A stretch of DNA of 64,000 nt from the human T2T-CHM13v2.0 reference genome, Homo sapiens. Below the pieces are notes generated by a model, which was not told the origin of the DNA, searched no databases, and saw only the letters and a program-made list of their open reading frames with translations. The stretch lies in NCBI RefSeq assembly GCF_009914755.1, contig NC_060929.1; one strand, written 5' to 3'. Numbering within the stretch: the stretch's first letter is position 1; each line of letters starts with the position of its first letter. Shown here one piece after another: positions 1 to 17,049 of the stretch. The position numbers and the translations under genes were made by a program.

Positions 1-89
1 TGGCCCTCCTCCTTTCTCAATTGTGAATTCTATTATAAAGGATATATTGTGTGGAGAGAGAGTTTTCTCAGAATTCCTGTGATTGACTA

Positions 90-715
90 ATTCGTACATG
101 CATTCATTGTATGCCAGGCACTGTTTCTTGGTACTGGGGGTGCAGTGGTGAGCAGAGAATATAAGGGCTCTGCACACTTGATAGGGGAAAATGACAACAA
201 ATAAAAAGTAAACCAATGAACGTGCAAACTTCAGAGAGTTAGAAGTACTAAGAAGAAAACCCAATAGGGGATGTGAAGAGAATGAAGGGGAGGATGAGGT
301 GGGAAGGAGAAAGAAGGCCATCGGTTTCAACTGGGTGAAGAACACTTTTGACTTGAGACCTGAGTGGCAACAAGGAGCCAGGTGAAAGTCTGTGGGCAGA
401 GTGCTTTAGGCAGAGTTGTGGAAGAACAAGTGCCGGGGCTCTAAGGAGGAAAGAAGTTGTCATCGTTGAGGAACTCAAAGGGTTAGTGGGACTGGAACAT
501 GGTGTGTGAGGGGAAAGTGGTGTCAGATGATTCAGGGAGATGTGCATTCTCCAGGCCATGTGAAATCTTGCAAGTCATACTGAAGGGTTTTATTCCAAGT
601 TCATTGGAAGATCTGTTTACAGGGTTTTAATCAGGGGAGAAATATAAACGGACTAGCATTTTAAGAGTACACTGGCTGGTATGTAGAGAATGAGTTATGG
701 GGAGTGAGAAGGATG
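90..715 (-). mobile_element. L2 LINE relic (3' region)
   Basis: Reverse L2 3' motifs: tgtatgccaggcactgt, ggtgcagtggtgagcaga, cagggttttaatcagggga, cattttaagagtacactggctg. Boundaries approximate. Confidence 0.7.
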
Positions 716-1169
716 AATTTAACCCTTCCTGACTGCACTTACCAATTCATCCTGCCTCTAGAGCATTCTCTGGGACTCTCCTTTACACGGCTCAGAGTAC
801 AAAAATTCAGTTACTGCTAATTCACATATAAGGAATAAAATCAATCTGTAGCAATAGTAATATGAAGTAGGAGTTGAAAGAAAGCCTAGTAAAACAATAT
901 TTGAAGGTAGTGAATTAAAAAATGGAGTTGAACTAGAAATAACATTTTGCTAACAATTCTGCTTCTGTCATATACTCTGATACCTCTGGTTTCTCAGCCC
1001 TTAGGACCGTTGTGTGTGGTGGTAAGGTATTGGGATGGGGAATACACTGTCATAATATTCCATTTCTGCAATCAGTCCAGAGGTGACTGGTGGGCCTACC
1101 CTCCAGGCAGGCTCTTCTACTGAGTTCTTCACTTCTACAGATGGTCACAGCATTCTCTTAGCTACTCTA

Positions 1170-1660
1170 CCTCACAGCCTGAGTCATCTTTGATTTTTCT
1201 CTCTCATTTGCTGCCTCCTGATCCAATCAGTTAATAAATTCTGACAATTAAACCTCATGAAAGTTTTTTTCTTCCTTTCCATTCCCTCTGCAATCCACAG
1301 TGATCTAGATTTAATGGTAGATCATTTAGAGTTCAGAAATCCCTCCTAACTGATTTTACTTTCAGTCTTCAGTCTCTCCCCTTTGATCTTGTGTCCTGCT
1401 ACCAAGTGAAAAATTCTAAGGTGTCATTTGTGTCACATACCTCTTCCTATGCTTCAAAATATCCAATGGCTCCTCATTATATAAAATTAGGTAGAAATTC
1501 CTTAATTAGGCTTAAGGCCTTCTATTCTCTGGCTCCAGCCTCCTTTTCTAGGTTTATCATAACCTCAACTCTGCTTGTATAAGTATCCCCTATCCTGTCA
1601 GGTCCAGTTCCATTGACATTCCTTAAGCCTTTTCAAATTCTTTATTAAACATCTACTCAA
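1170..1660 (+). mobile_element. L2 LINE relic
   Basis: Pyrimidine-rich L2-like motifs: gagtcatctttgatt, tccaatcagttaataaattctg, aaggccttctattctctggctccagcc. Confidence 0.5.
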
Positions 1661-1887
1661 CATATTCTGTCTTACATTTCTGTATTAGCTTATGTGTCTT
1701 TAAAATTATATAGCAATGCCCAGGCCCACACTGACAAAAGCAAATCGCAAGGAATACATACCTGTGTTTCTTTCGATTCTAAAATCCAGTCAGAGATGAG
1801 ATTACTATAATAAAGTTTTTGAAGGTAGGGGTCAGACTTTACTCATCTTCAACATAGATTGACAAATCTACCCTGTCTATATATATC

Positions 1888-2127
1888 TGAGACAAGGTAT
1901 TGGTCTGTCACCCAGGCTGGAGTACAGGGGTGCAATCATGGCTCACTGCAGCCTCTGCCTCCAAGGCTCAAGAAATCATCTTACCTCAGCCTCCCGAGTA
2001 GTAGGATTGTAGAGATGGGGTTTCGCCATGCTGCCCAGGCTGGTCTTGAACTCCTGGGCTCAAGCGATCTGCCTGCCTCAGCCTCCCAAAGTGCTGGGAT
2101 TACAGTCGTGAACCACTGGGCTTGGTC
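1888..2127 (-). mobile_element. AluJ with internal deletion of the central linker
   Basis: Alu consensus matches; gagtagtaggattgtagagatgggg skips the middle region. TSD caaatctacc at 1863-1872 and 2129-2138. Confidence 0.9.
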
Positions 2128-2185
2128 GCAAATCTACCTTATATTGAAGTGTATGCTAGCTCTCAGAGTTAAGAAAGAAATTCCT

Positions 2186-2647
<462 letters not shown>

Positions 2648-2847
2648 CTAAAATGTTGTGCTTATTAGTAAATACAATTTACTAGCATCAAAGAGTTTTA
2701 GTGCTAGCACTGAGAACTCACAGAAAGTCAAACTTTAAGTGTTCATGAGCTTGTATTCCCAAGATGTAGCTGACTTGGCCGAACTTTAAATGCAGATGGA
2801 AATATATCAAATATAAAACTGAGACTCTTTTCCTTTCTCATTTTCTC

Positions 2848-3187
<340 letters not shown>

Positions 3188-3524
3188 TAGCACTAAACAA
3201 CAAAATGCAAAGAACCATAAAAGAGTTATTTCCCTAAGTACAAGTTTCTGATTCTGATATTCTCAACACATTCAGCAAGGAGCTTTGTAGGGCCCCAAGT
3301 TCCTTCATTGTAAAGTAACACTGTTGACATTTTGCCTTAATATAGTCAATATTTACAAACTAGTTAAGCATTGAGATAGTAACAATTTTCAGAAGATGTA
3401 TGTCTAATTGTTTTAAAAGCCACTTCAATATTTACTTCCTCTACTAAGCCTTCTTTGATTAACCTTAGCTCATACCAACTACTCCCTTTAGGTTTCAGTA
3501 TTTTCTATACAGTTTATACGAAAG

Positions 3525-3804
3525 TTTTTTTTTTTTTTTTTTGTGAGATGGAGTCTCGCTCTGTTACCCAGGCTGGAGTGCAGTGGTGCAGTCTTGGCTC
3601 ACTGCAACCTCCTCCTGCCTCAGCCTCCCAAGAAGCTGGGAGTACGGGCGTGTACCACCACACCTAGCTAATTTTTGTATTTTTGGTAGAGACAGGGTTT
3701 CACCATGTTAGCCAGGCTGGTCTCGAGCTCCTGACCTCAGGTGATCTGCCCACCTCAGTCTCCCAAAGTGCTGGGATTACAGGCATGAGCTACTGCGTCC
3801 GGCT
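3525..3804 (-). mobile_element. AluS SINE with short internal deletion
   Basis: Alu consensus; ctgcaacctcctcctgcctcagcc lacks ~20 nt. Confidence 0.92.
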
Positions 3805-4381
3805 AGTTTATATTAACTTATCGTGTACTTGCTTTGCTTTACTAGTCATTTCATGTATGAGATACACCTTATTTTACTGCCAAATCATTTGGGGAGAAGG
3901 CTTCCAAATTATTTATCCCAGAAATCATAGTTGAGGCTTTATAAATGTTTGCAAATGTTTATAAATGTTTGTTGTATAAACAGGTTTCACAAACACAATT
4001 AACCATAAAATTTATGCTTACAAGTGTTATTAAAAACTTAGAAACTTGGCTTTTGTACTATTTGATGATGATTCCCATTTTGAAGTTAAGGAAGTGGGAG
4101 CCTACAGAAGATAATGACAGTAAAAACTTGTGAATTTACAAAGCTATTGGTATTCTGAATATATGGATAAATCATTATATGAACTTCTGTATGCACAGCA
4201 TAATTCTGTATTGCTTTGACAGACTTTCAAAAGCATATATCTTGCTTTGTGGCCACTAGAAAGAGGAAGGAAGTAGGTGGTAAACTAGCCAGTATAGATT
4301 ACCCCAGTCAGTTAATGATTTGGAATTGTTCTAAAGCCCAGAGACCAATTTGGGGATAATTGATATATTTAAAATACTGAG

Positions 4382-4777
4382 TGCTATAGACTGAATGTTT
4401 GTTTCTCCTCAGAATTCATATGTTGAAACCTAATCTCTAATGTGGTGGTATCTGGAGAAGGAGCTTTTGGGAGGTGATTAAGATATGAGGGTAGAAACCT
4501 CATGAGTGGAATTACTGCCCTTATAAAGGTCACCCCAGAGATCTCCTTCACCCGCCTTCTTCCCTGTGAAGACACAGTGAAAAGATTACTGTCTATGAAA
4601 AAGAAAGCAGGCCCTCATCAGACATTGAATCTGTTGGCTCCCTGGTCTGAGACTTCCCAGACTTCAGAACTGTAGGAAATAAATTTCTGTTGTTTATAAC
4701 CCACCTAGTCTATCACAGTCTGTTACAGCAGCCTGAATATACAGCAGCCTGAATATACAGCAGTCTGTTATAGCACA
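4382..4777 (+). mobile_element. MLT1A-like MaLR solo LTR
   Basis: TG...CA termini; tgctatagactgaatgttt start; aataaatttctgttgtttataa poly(A) region; 5-bp TSD ctgag at 4377-4381 and 4778-4782. Confidence 0.88.
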
Positions 4778-5828
4778 CTGAGTTTTCCAATTAACCCACA
4801 TGATATATCTTGCCATTTATTTAGATCTTCTTTAATGCCTCTTAATAAAGTTTTATCATTTTATCCAAAGAGGATTTGCACTTCATATATTAGACTCATT
4901 TATTCATTAATTCATGTATTTATGATTACACTTTTTGAGACAGTGTAGATTCATATGCAGTTATAAGAAATAACTGAGAGGTCTTGTGTTCCTTTTATCA
5001 TTTTCCCCAATGGTAACATCTTGTGCAGCCACAGTGCAATATGACAATTGTGATACTGACAATGTCATTTAAGATATAGAACATTTCCATCACCACAAAG
5101 ATTCGTCATATACTGCCATTTTATAGCCACTCCCACTTCCTTCCCCCCAGCTCCCCTCCTTACCCTTGGCAACTACTGATCTGTTTTCCATTTCTACAAT
5201 TTTATCATTTCCAGAATGCTATATAAATGAAATCATACACCATGTAAACTTTTGGAATTGGCTTTTTTCATTCAGCTTAATTCTCTGAAGATTTATCTAG
5301 GTTGTTCTGTGTCAACAGTTTGTTTCTTTTTATTTTTCAGTAGTATTCCATGGTATAGATATACCACAGCTTGTTTAACCATAACCATTCTCCTGTTGAA
5401 GGACATTTGGGTTGTTTAGTTTTTTTTTTTTTTTTTTTTTTTTGACTATTATGACTAAAGCTGCTAAAACATTCATGTACAGGTTTTTGTGTGAGCACAA
5501 ATCTTAATTTCTCTGGGATAAACTCCATTGCTTCGTTTCTCTGGGATAAATGCAATAATGCAATTGCTAGGTTGTACGTTAGTTGCATGTTTAGTTCATG
5601 TTTAGTTTTTCAAGAAACTGGCCCACTATTTCCAGGTCCATTGTGCCACTTTATATTCCTTCCAGCAATCTATGAGCAATCCAGTTTCTCTGTATCTTTG
5701 CCAGTAATAAGTCTTGAAGTTAGGTAGACTGATTTTTCATATTTTATTCTTCTTTTTAAAAATTGTTTTAAGTATTCTAGATCCTTTGCCTTTACATAGA
5801 AATTTAGAATAATTTTGTCTATATCCAC

Positions 5829-6390
5829 TGTGCCGTAAAGGATTAACCTTGCCCAAAGAGAGGTCTGGCCTTTGCCCTCAGCACCTGGGGAGTAATCTCT
5901 TAGCCCTTGGAATGTTCTGCCTGATATGAATGGCTTCCTTTATTTCGACCTTTGGACTGTATTGCATCAGCTTGACCTTTGGAGGGTCTGGAGGCTAAAG
6001 TTTGCCATGTGGGTGGTTAACATGTCAAAGTAACTGAATCCCAATAAAAACTCTGGATACCAAGCCTCCAATGAACTTCCCAGATTTAGAATTCTAAATA
6101 TATTCTCAAACATTGTTGCTGGAAGAAGACAGAGGTGTCCATGATTCAACTGAGAGAGGACAATTGGAAAGTCATGCTTGGAACTTTCCTAAACATTGCC
6201 ATATGTGACACTTCCTTAGCTAATGTTAATTGGTATCTTTTCACTGTAGTAAGCTGTAACTGAATGTAACAGTTTTCAGTGAGCTCTATGAGTGCTGGCA
6301 AATTACCAAACCTGAAGGTGGTCTTAGAGATGCCCAAACTTACAGTTGATGTTAGAAGTGAGGGAGGCTTTGGGACTTCACAATTTTACA
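5829..6390 (+). mobile_element. MER21-like ERV LTR
   Basis: ttaaccttgcccaaagagaggtctggcctttgccc start; interrupts contiguous L1 sequence (atatccac | atctacaaaaaaatcttgctgg). Family and strand by recall. Confidence 0.65.
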
Positions 6391-6598
6391 TCTACAAAAA
6401 AATCTTGCTGGCACTTTGACAGGAATTCTGTTAAACTTATATATCAATTTGTGGAAAATTGACATCTTTATTATGTTGACTGATCAAATCTATGAACATA
6501 TGTCTTTTAGCTTTTTTCTTTTTAATACTGCGTATTTGTTGGTGCTACTATAAATGGATCTTTAAACATTATACTTGTTGTTGGCATATAGAAATGCA

Positions 6599-6908
<310 letters not shown>

Positions 6909-7832
6909 TGCATTTGATTTTTGTGTACTGATTTTGTATCCAGCAACCTTGCTAAATTATCCTTTTCATCCTAAAAAATTATCTGTAGATTTTGAATTTC
7001 CTAAACAATCATATCATGTATGAATAATTTCACTTTTTTTCTTTGTAATTCTTACATCTTTATTTCTTCCAATTATAAATTTAAGAAAACTTTAAACTAT
7101 AAACAAAATGTCTCCAATGTATTTATACCATTAACTAAAGAGATGAATAAAATATCACATAAAGTCAATTATTATGAACAACGTAAAACTGGCATCAAGG
7201 TACTATATTTTCTTTTTTGATTGATTTCTTATTGATGCACTTCAAAAAGACCTAGCTGTGTCAGGTAATGTCCTTCGGTTGCTGACTACTGGTCATGAAA
7301 GTTCCTGTCACTTTATGACAGATTCTGTTAGCTTCTGGAGAATCAGTTACGCTCCTAACACTATGATTTCTTCTCATCCTAGTTAAGATCATGTAGAAAT
7401 AGACAATTTTTTGTTACATTTAGCCTCCAAGTCTATAGTTGTTCTCACTCTGTCTGGTACTACACTATTTTACTCCCAGTTCTTTCCCCAAAAGCATTTC
7501 TTCTCTGAATGTCTTTTTTTTTTTTTTAAATCCCACAATGCAACTGCCTTCTACATGGCAAGAATTCTTAAAGGATCCCGAACTTATTTACTTTACATCA
7601 CTAATACATCTTCCATTAATAGAAAAATGCATTGATTTAAAAGTAAATAATATATTCATGAATATGTTATAGAAGTAGTAAATTACTACTGTTGACTAGT
7701 TTAGAAAATAATATGAGAACATGTAAGATGGGATTGACTACTTAATCCTGGGATAATATAACAAAGTATCAGGATAGAGAGAATTTATGTACAGTTAAAC
7801 TGATATAAAGTCCCACTAAGAACTGATTTATG

Positions 7833-8573
<741 letters not shown>

Positions 8574-8623
8574 TCAATCCTAAATAGACATTTCAAAACT
8601 CTAACTGTGCTTTTCCTATAGGG

Positions 8624-8745
8624 GTGTGTGTGTGTGTGTGTATGTGTGTGTGTGTGTGTGTGTGTATACATATGTATATATACTTATATACATATGTGTG
8701 TGTATATATATATACATATACATATATATACACACATATATATAT
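8624..8745. repeat. Compound (TG)n/(TA)n/(CA)n microsatellite
   Basis: Directly visible alternating purine-pyrimidine tract of ~120 bp. Confidence 0.97.
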
Positions 8746-8987
8746 TTGGCCACTGTCCTGATGACCCATGGGCTAAAATCATTAGTGCTCAAGAAATTAA
8801 GTTTTCCTCTTCTGGAATTAAATTTACTTCTGGGTCTGTAAATATTTACAGTCTTGGGGTTTGAGATATTATAATGGATGTAAAGTATATTTTACATGTG
8901 TTACACAATTTGTTGAAAACATTATTTCCTACTTCTTTGCTTTGTATACTGGCTCTAAGCAACATTTTAAATTTAATTATAAGCCCA

Positions 8988-9282
<295 letters not shown>

Positions 9283-10048
9283 TTATGAGGCCATGAAAGT
9301 TCTTTTTTTTTCAAGTGTTTTCAAATCAAGTGATAATTATTATATTTAGATCTTGTTAAAGTAGAAAAGGATGGGAATTATTTCCCAAAGAATCTCAAAT
9401 ATATCCCTTGAGCATCACTATAGGTAGATGCCATCTATTATTTTATTTCTATTTCACAGAGAAAAGTTAAAAAATCATATTGATGGGAAACACCTGTGAA
9501 TCCACTTATAAGATTAATATGGAGGAATAAATCTGCACATGAAAAAAGGAAGATGTTGGCTACTGAAAGATGTCTTGAGTTGGTCAGATTTCAATACTTT
9601 TGAGCCAACAATTTATATCCATCAGTAGAAACACAGGATTGTGGAAATGTTTCCCAAGAGAAGTTGTAAATGAAGGAAAACCTATAGTATCAAGAAAAAG
9701 TTACTTTGGAAACCACAATAATAAAGAATGCTATGACTCATTTACTAGAAAAAATACTTAAAAATTCTAACAATGGGGGCTAACAAATGATAAACTTCTA
9801 TAGTGACTTAATAGTAAACATTTTAAAAATATCATATTAAAAATACAGCAGTAAAGCTACCTTTGCTTAATAGTTATTTATTCATACCCTCTATTGAAAA
9901 AAGCATGTGGGATCACATATATACATTATAGTAGGAAAAAAAGGGATGAAGAGTAAATGAAGTAGAGAAAGGTGGAGATGTGGTAAGGACTTGTTCATTT
10001 GCCAGTTTATGGCTAAACATTTGGTTCTGAGTTTCCTATTGATGATTG

Positions 10049-10887
10049 TTTATTTATTTATTTATTTTTAGACAGGGTCTTGCTCTGTCACTTGGGCTGG
10101 ATTGCAGTGGAGATCATGGCTCACTGCAGCCTCCATCACCCAGGCCCAAGTGATCCTTGCATCTCAGCCTCTGGAGCAGCTGGGACCACTGGCATGCACC
10201 ACCATGCCTGGCTAATTAAAAAAATATTTTTGTAGAGACAGAGTCTCCCTATGTTGCCTAGGCTTTTTTTTTTTTTTGGAGTAGGGTGGCCAGAGTCTCA
10301 TTCTGTCATCCAGGCTGGAGTGCAGTGACACTATCATGGCTTACCCATAACCTCAAACTCCTGCGCCCAAGTTCAAGTGTTCCTCCTGCCTCAGCTCCCC
10401 AAGTAGCTGGGACTACAGGAGCCCACCACCATACCTGGCTAATTTTTTATTTTTTTTGGAGGCAGAGTCTTGCTCTGTCACTCAGGCTGGAGTGCAGTGC
10501 ATGATCTCAGCTTACTGCAACCTCTGTCTCCCAGGTTTAAGTGATTCTCTTACCTCAGCCTCCCAAGTAGCTGGGATTACAGGTGTGCACCATCACGCCT
10601 GGCTAATTTTTTGTATTTTTTGTAGAGACAGGTTTTTGCCATTTTTGGCCAGGCTGATCTTGAACTCCTGGCCTCAAGTAATCTGCCCGCCTTGGGATCC
10701 CAAAGTGCTGGGATTATAGACATGAGCCACTGTGACCGGCCCCCAGCTAATTAAAAAAAATTTTTTTTTGTAGAGACAAGGTCTTGCTATGTTGCCCAGC
10801 TGGTCTTGAATTCCTGGCCTCCAGCAATCCTCCTGCCTTGGCCTCTCAAAGTACTGGAATTACAGGCATGAGCCACTGTGTCCAGCC
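10049..10887 (-). mobile_element. Nested cluster of three Alus (AluJ, AluJ arm, AluJb/Sz at 10443-10741)
   Basis: Three right arms and two complete left arms; outer TSD cctattgatgatt (10035-10047) / cctattgacaatt (10888-10900). Confidence 0.88.
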
Positions 10888-11551
10888 CCTATTGACAATT
10901 ACAAGGAGGGATACACAATTGATTATGATTTATCACATCTAGGTGATAAAAGTTAACCACCTATAGAGAATAGTTGTTTTTTTATGGTTGTGTTCTCAGT
11001 GGAGACTTTTGACACAACACTAAAAAGCATATCAGGAGAAGTAACTCAGAGGAACATTAAGATAATGTGTTTTAGGTGACTTGATAGTCTGTGCTAGCCT
11101 GGCTTGCTCAAGGGGTAAAATCAAGCATTATCTAAAGGAATGCACAGACAATATCCATTAGACAATCATATCAATATTATTTTAATTTTTGTCCAAAAAG
11201 TATTGTGTAACAGAAAGTTTGAAGTTATATTTTCTGGCAAGAACCTGGATGACAGATTATTTCTGCTATTTCCGGATACATCAATATGCTTTAATATCCA
11301 CTCTTGAAATTGTGAAGCCTAACCAGGATATGTGCCCAAATAGATGGCCCCTCAGCCTACCAAAAGAGGGTAGGGAGTCCCTGGGGGAAGGAAGGGCCAA
11401 GATTTTCTCAAAAAAGCAGTTTTGGGTTCACACCTACATATGAATCAATAGATTACAGAAGTCCCAAATTTGATGGCATGTATGTAAAACTATCAGCCTT
11501 GGTATTACTCTAGCCATATAATATTATATGTGAATAGCCCATAGAATATGA

Positions 11552-11861
<310 letters not shown>

Positions 11862-11964
11862 TAAGACTTTTTAAAATTCAATTTTAAGCAAATCGATTTT
11901 AAGTTTTAATATGTATTTCTAATAAGTATTATCATCATTAATAAACAAAAGGGAAAGTTAAAAT

Positions 11965-12125
11965 TAAGTATTTACTATATTCCTGGTATGGCACTGTGCC
12001 CCTTCATACACTAATTCATGTACCCTGAAAATAATCTTTCAAAACAGGTAGTATTATCCTCATTTTGCTGATGAAGAAACTGAGATCTGTAGAGATCATA
12101 CAGCGAAGGCCATAGTGCTTAGTAA
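11965..12125 (-). mobile_element. MIR SINE relic
   Basis: MIR core aggtagtattatcctcattttgctgatgaagaaactgaga. Confidence 0.75.
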
Positions 12126-13359
12126 GTAAGAATATAAGTGCCATGAAGGCAGGAAGTTTGTTTTGTGGACCCTTTATTCCTATTTCCTGTGACAGTGCCA
12201 CACATAAGAGGCTCCCAATAAATACTCGTTGAAGTAGCTGAGTCCAGATCCCAGGCTCTTATCTACAGCATAGGGCTACTAGAATATAAGCCAGTTGGTG
12301 GTTTCAGTGTAAGACAGTGTGATTGCTTACTTCTTTCTGAAAGTAATGAGATCTATTGCATTTACTGCTCGTGTTAGCACAGAAAATGGGAAAATAATAT
12401 ACCACATTGGTATACCAGTGTGGAATTTTAGAAGCCATTTTGGTGCAATCAAAAGTTTTAATACGGATAAATATATGTCATATATTAATATTTTACACAC
12501 ACACACACCCCAACTGCAGACTGAACCCTTAAAGGGTCCCAGAAAGTTCACAATTATCCACTGTTGATCAATGGGGAATAAGATTTGAACATATGGATGG
12601 TCCAACAAAAGAACAGACTCAAATAGAAAACATTTCTTTACTGAGAGGTCACCAGTATACCAGAAAAAACAGAATATAAAGTATTAAATGTATGTTTCCA
12701 TTAAATTTCTGCAGGGGTTTCCTTTCCTCTCTTTATTCTTTAATTTCATTTTTTAGAGACAGAGAAAACCTGTTGTATGATCCAGTATTCCTGGTTGTAT
12801 TTTTTTTAAAGATGGGCACAGAACACAGAAGTTAGCATACTAGCCATGTCAACAAATACAATGACCTGTGCCACGGTGATATGATATGAAGCAGTTAATG
12901 CAACAGATAAAGTTAAGAAATCTGCATTCTTTCATTCTTTATATTCATATCATTATCTTTTTTGCTAAAACAGCACCTTGAATATGGCTTGAGTGTGATA
13001 TGATGAGTATTTGCTCTGGGCTGACTAAAGATAGCAATCTTAGATAAGCTACGAACACAAACCTATTGGAGAAAAGAGCCTCAAGCTCAATGCTTCTAAC
13101 TTTAGATAGCCAATCAATAGGTCATTTCCTAAACATGAGGTTTCTGTGTAATTATTCCAGCTCAGTATTTTTAAAGAGAATCATTTTCTCCAACATAGCT
13201 TCTTGTAGACTAACACAGAAGGCAACATTTACACTTTTATATTAACTCATATCTTTCCTGACATGAAAAAACAATTACAGGATGAAGGGCAGCATATGGG
13301 TCTCAGTTGAAATATGCTAAACTCTAAAAATCTTATTTTTCATCTTTGAAGATGAAATA

Positions 13360-13682
<323 letters not shown>

Positions 13683-14894
13683 CTAATATGAAAAAAATAT
13701 GTACAGGATGATGCAACCCCAAGACACTAAAGTGTAGTATCTAAAATGATTGTTAGAGAATGTTTAAAAATTTTTAGGAACAACTTTCACTTGAATTTTA
13801 AACTTGTATTTTATACATGCAAGACAAAACACTATGTATACTCCACAATAAAAAATAATTCACACTTTATTTCAGAATTGCATTTGACCCAAATGTAACA
13901 GTTCAAGATTCATGATCAGAAGAAATATGTAACTAATTCACAAAGGTGAGTCTCTAGCAATTTGAATATATAAGTAAAGAAAGCAGTTCTAGAAAAAAGG
14001 ATTTCATTAAAAGTCAGTTTTAGTATTCCTAACTATGGACTATAGTTTTTTTTCCTACACCACACAGTTCAGAGCAGCTGCATGGACTGTCATAATAATA
14101 CATAATTACACATGTAAAAAGAGTATTCTATAATTGAATCTTATGAAATTATTTAGTAAGACAAATAAGATATATCATTTTGTAGTATCAGTAGTTCTTT
14201 AGTCTAAAAGATTATCTCTAAAAGAGACTGAAATAATCTTACAAGGCAAATTAAAAATTTCAAATGAAAACGATTTTAGATTTTCACAAGGGTGAAAAAT
14301 AAGAATCTTCATATTTCTTAATTTATATAGCCATAGTCGCTCTTGTATTATTTAATAATCTCTCATGCCAAAAATAAAAAAAAATTCTGTTTTTTTTTCT
14401 GAGGTCTTCGGTGAAACCTTTTAACTATTGAAGTTTTAGGCCCCAGAGCAAGATTCTACAAATTTAAAACCCCTAGAAATGTAGACAGATGCTTAATTAC
14501 ACTGTTACATATGGTAGCAAACACACACAATATAAGTGGATATTTTTATAAGCAATTTTCATTTAAAACAATGTTGGAATTAAAATTAATTTGTAACTAT
14601 GTCATTCTTAATAAAATTGCTCTTTTCAGCCAATATTTTTTTCCATATTTCTCCTTACCTAGGTTTAGCACAATGATTTAATTATCTAATTTTTGCAAAT
14701 ACATTCAAACATAAAGATTTTCTTCTGGTTAGACTCTCAAGTTCCAAAGATTCTCTTTAAAAAAAAAATCATAAAATTTAGTGATACATCATGTATAGTG
14801 ATGTGATTCGAATGTTTCAGACTGAGATATGGAAAAAACAAATTTAAATATATAATATTCTAAGAAAACAAACCCAGAAGTATTATTAAGTTTA

Positions 14895-15892
<998 letters not shown>

Positions 15893-15930
15893 GCAGGATC
15901 GCATTTTGAAAATGATTAAGATTTAATAGA

Positions 15931-16231
15931 TGCCAGGGATGGTGGCTTACATCTGTAATCCCAGCACTTTGGGTGGCTGAGGTGGGCGGATCATGTGAGC
16001 TCAGGACTTGGAGACCAGCCTGGGCAACATGGGGAAAACACATCTCTACAAAATATACAAAAATTAACCAGGTGTGGTGGTGCACACCTGTAGCCCCAGC
16101 TACTTAGGAGGCTGAGGTGGGAGGACTGCTTGAATCCAGGAGAAGCCTGTGGCTGCAGTGAGCTGTGATCAAGTGACCACACCCCAGCCTAGGTGACAGA
16201 GTGAGAACCTGTCTCAAAAAAAAAAAAAAAA
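15931..16231 (+). mobile_element. AluJb-like SINE
   Basis: ctgggcaacatggggaaa and aggactgcttga J diagnostics; TSD aagatttaata. Confidence 0.9.
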
Positions 16232-17049
16232 GATTTAATAATTATTTCTTATTTTAATTTAATTTTATAGGCTTTTAAAAGATAGTTTTATTTGGCATCT
16301 TTTATAAGATTTATTTTATTTCAATCTGAAACTTCAGAGTGACAACACTAATTCTATCCCTAAGTTTTATGACATTTTAAGTACATTATGTTAGTAAAAA
16401 CATAAGAATATGATTAAAATATGCTTGGCTAAGTTTACATATCTACCACTGAATGATTACATTGAACACCCATCCTTTATTTTATAAAGAAACTTACAAC
16501 CCAGGAAAGAAGGAAATTCCCTGCTAACTCAATGCATGCCTTCCTTCCATTTTGCTATTAGCTCTTGGAGGGTTAACTGTAGTAAAATTAAAATCAGTTA
16601 AATTTTCCACTTGTTAGGAGTTCTAGTAAAAGAGTTGATGGAGAGGAGATTGAAATCAGTGACTGAAGTGAAGTTTCCAAAATATTTGAGGCTTATATTT
16701 AACTATGATAATTTTCTTCTACAGCCATTAGAAAATGTAGAATTAACTGCATGCATGGATGCTGAGGGCTTAGAAATAGTGTACACAGCTGAACTGAGGG
16801 ACTTAAAATTTAAGATCTATTTCTGGCTACCCTATCAATATGCTTGAAGTTCTAGACAAGCTATTTAACTTTAATTTGTCCCGATTTCTTTATTCCTAAA
16901 GCCAGAAAAAATACTGTTTACCATACTAGTAGACTACTAGAATTTCAGATTGTTAACCTATGGAAATTGAAATATAAAATACAGCAGAGAATCACAAGCA
17001 TATCTTATTATAAAGAGTCATTATAAACAAATTATTTACCCAGGAGAAC

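Noticed and set aside
8626-8864. Cys/Val/Tyr/Ile-rich ORFs
   Set aside because: Translations of the TG/TA microsatellite.
14659-14754. Possible - strand exon (ttttttttaaag| ... ctag|gtaagg)
   Set aside because: Stops in all three frames and a weak AAG acceptor after a simple T-run; likely chance.
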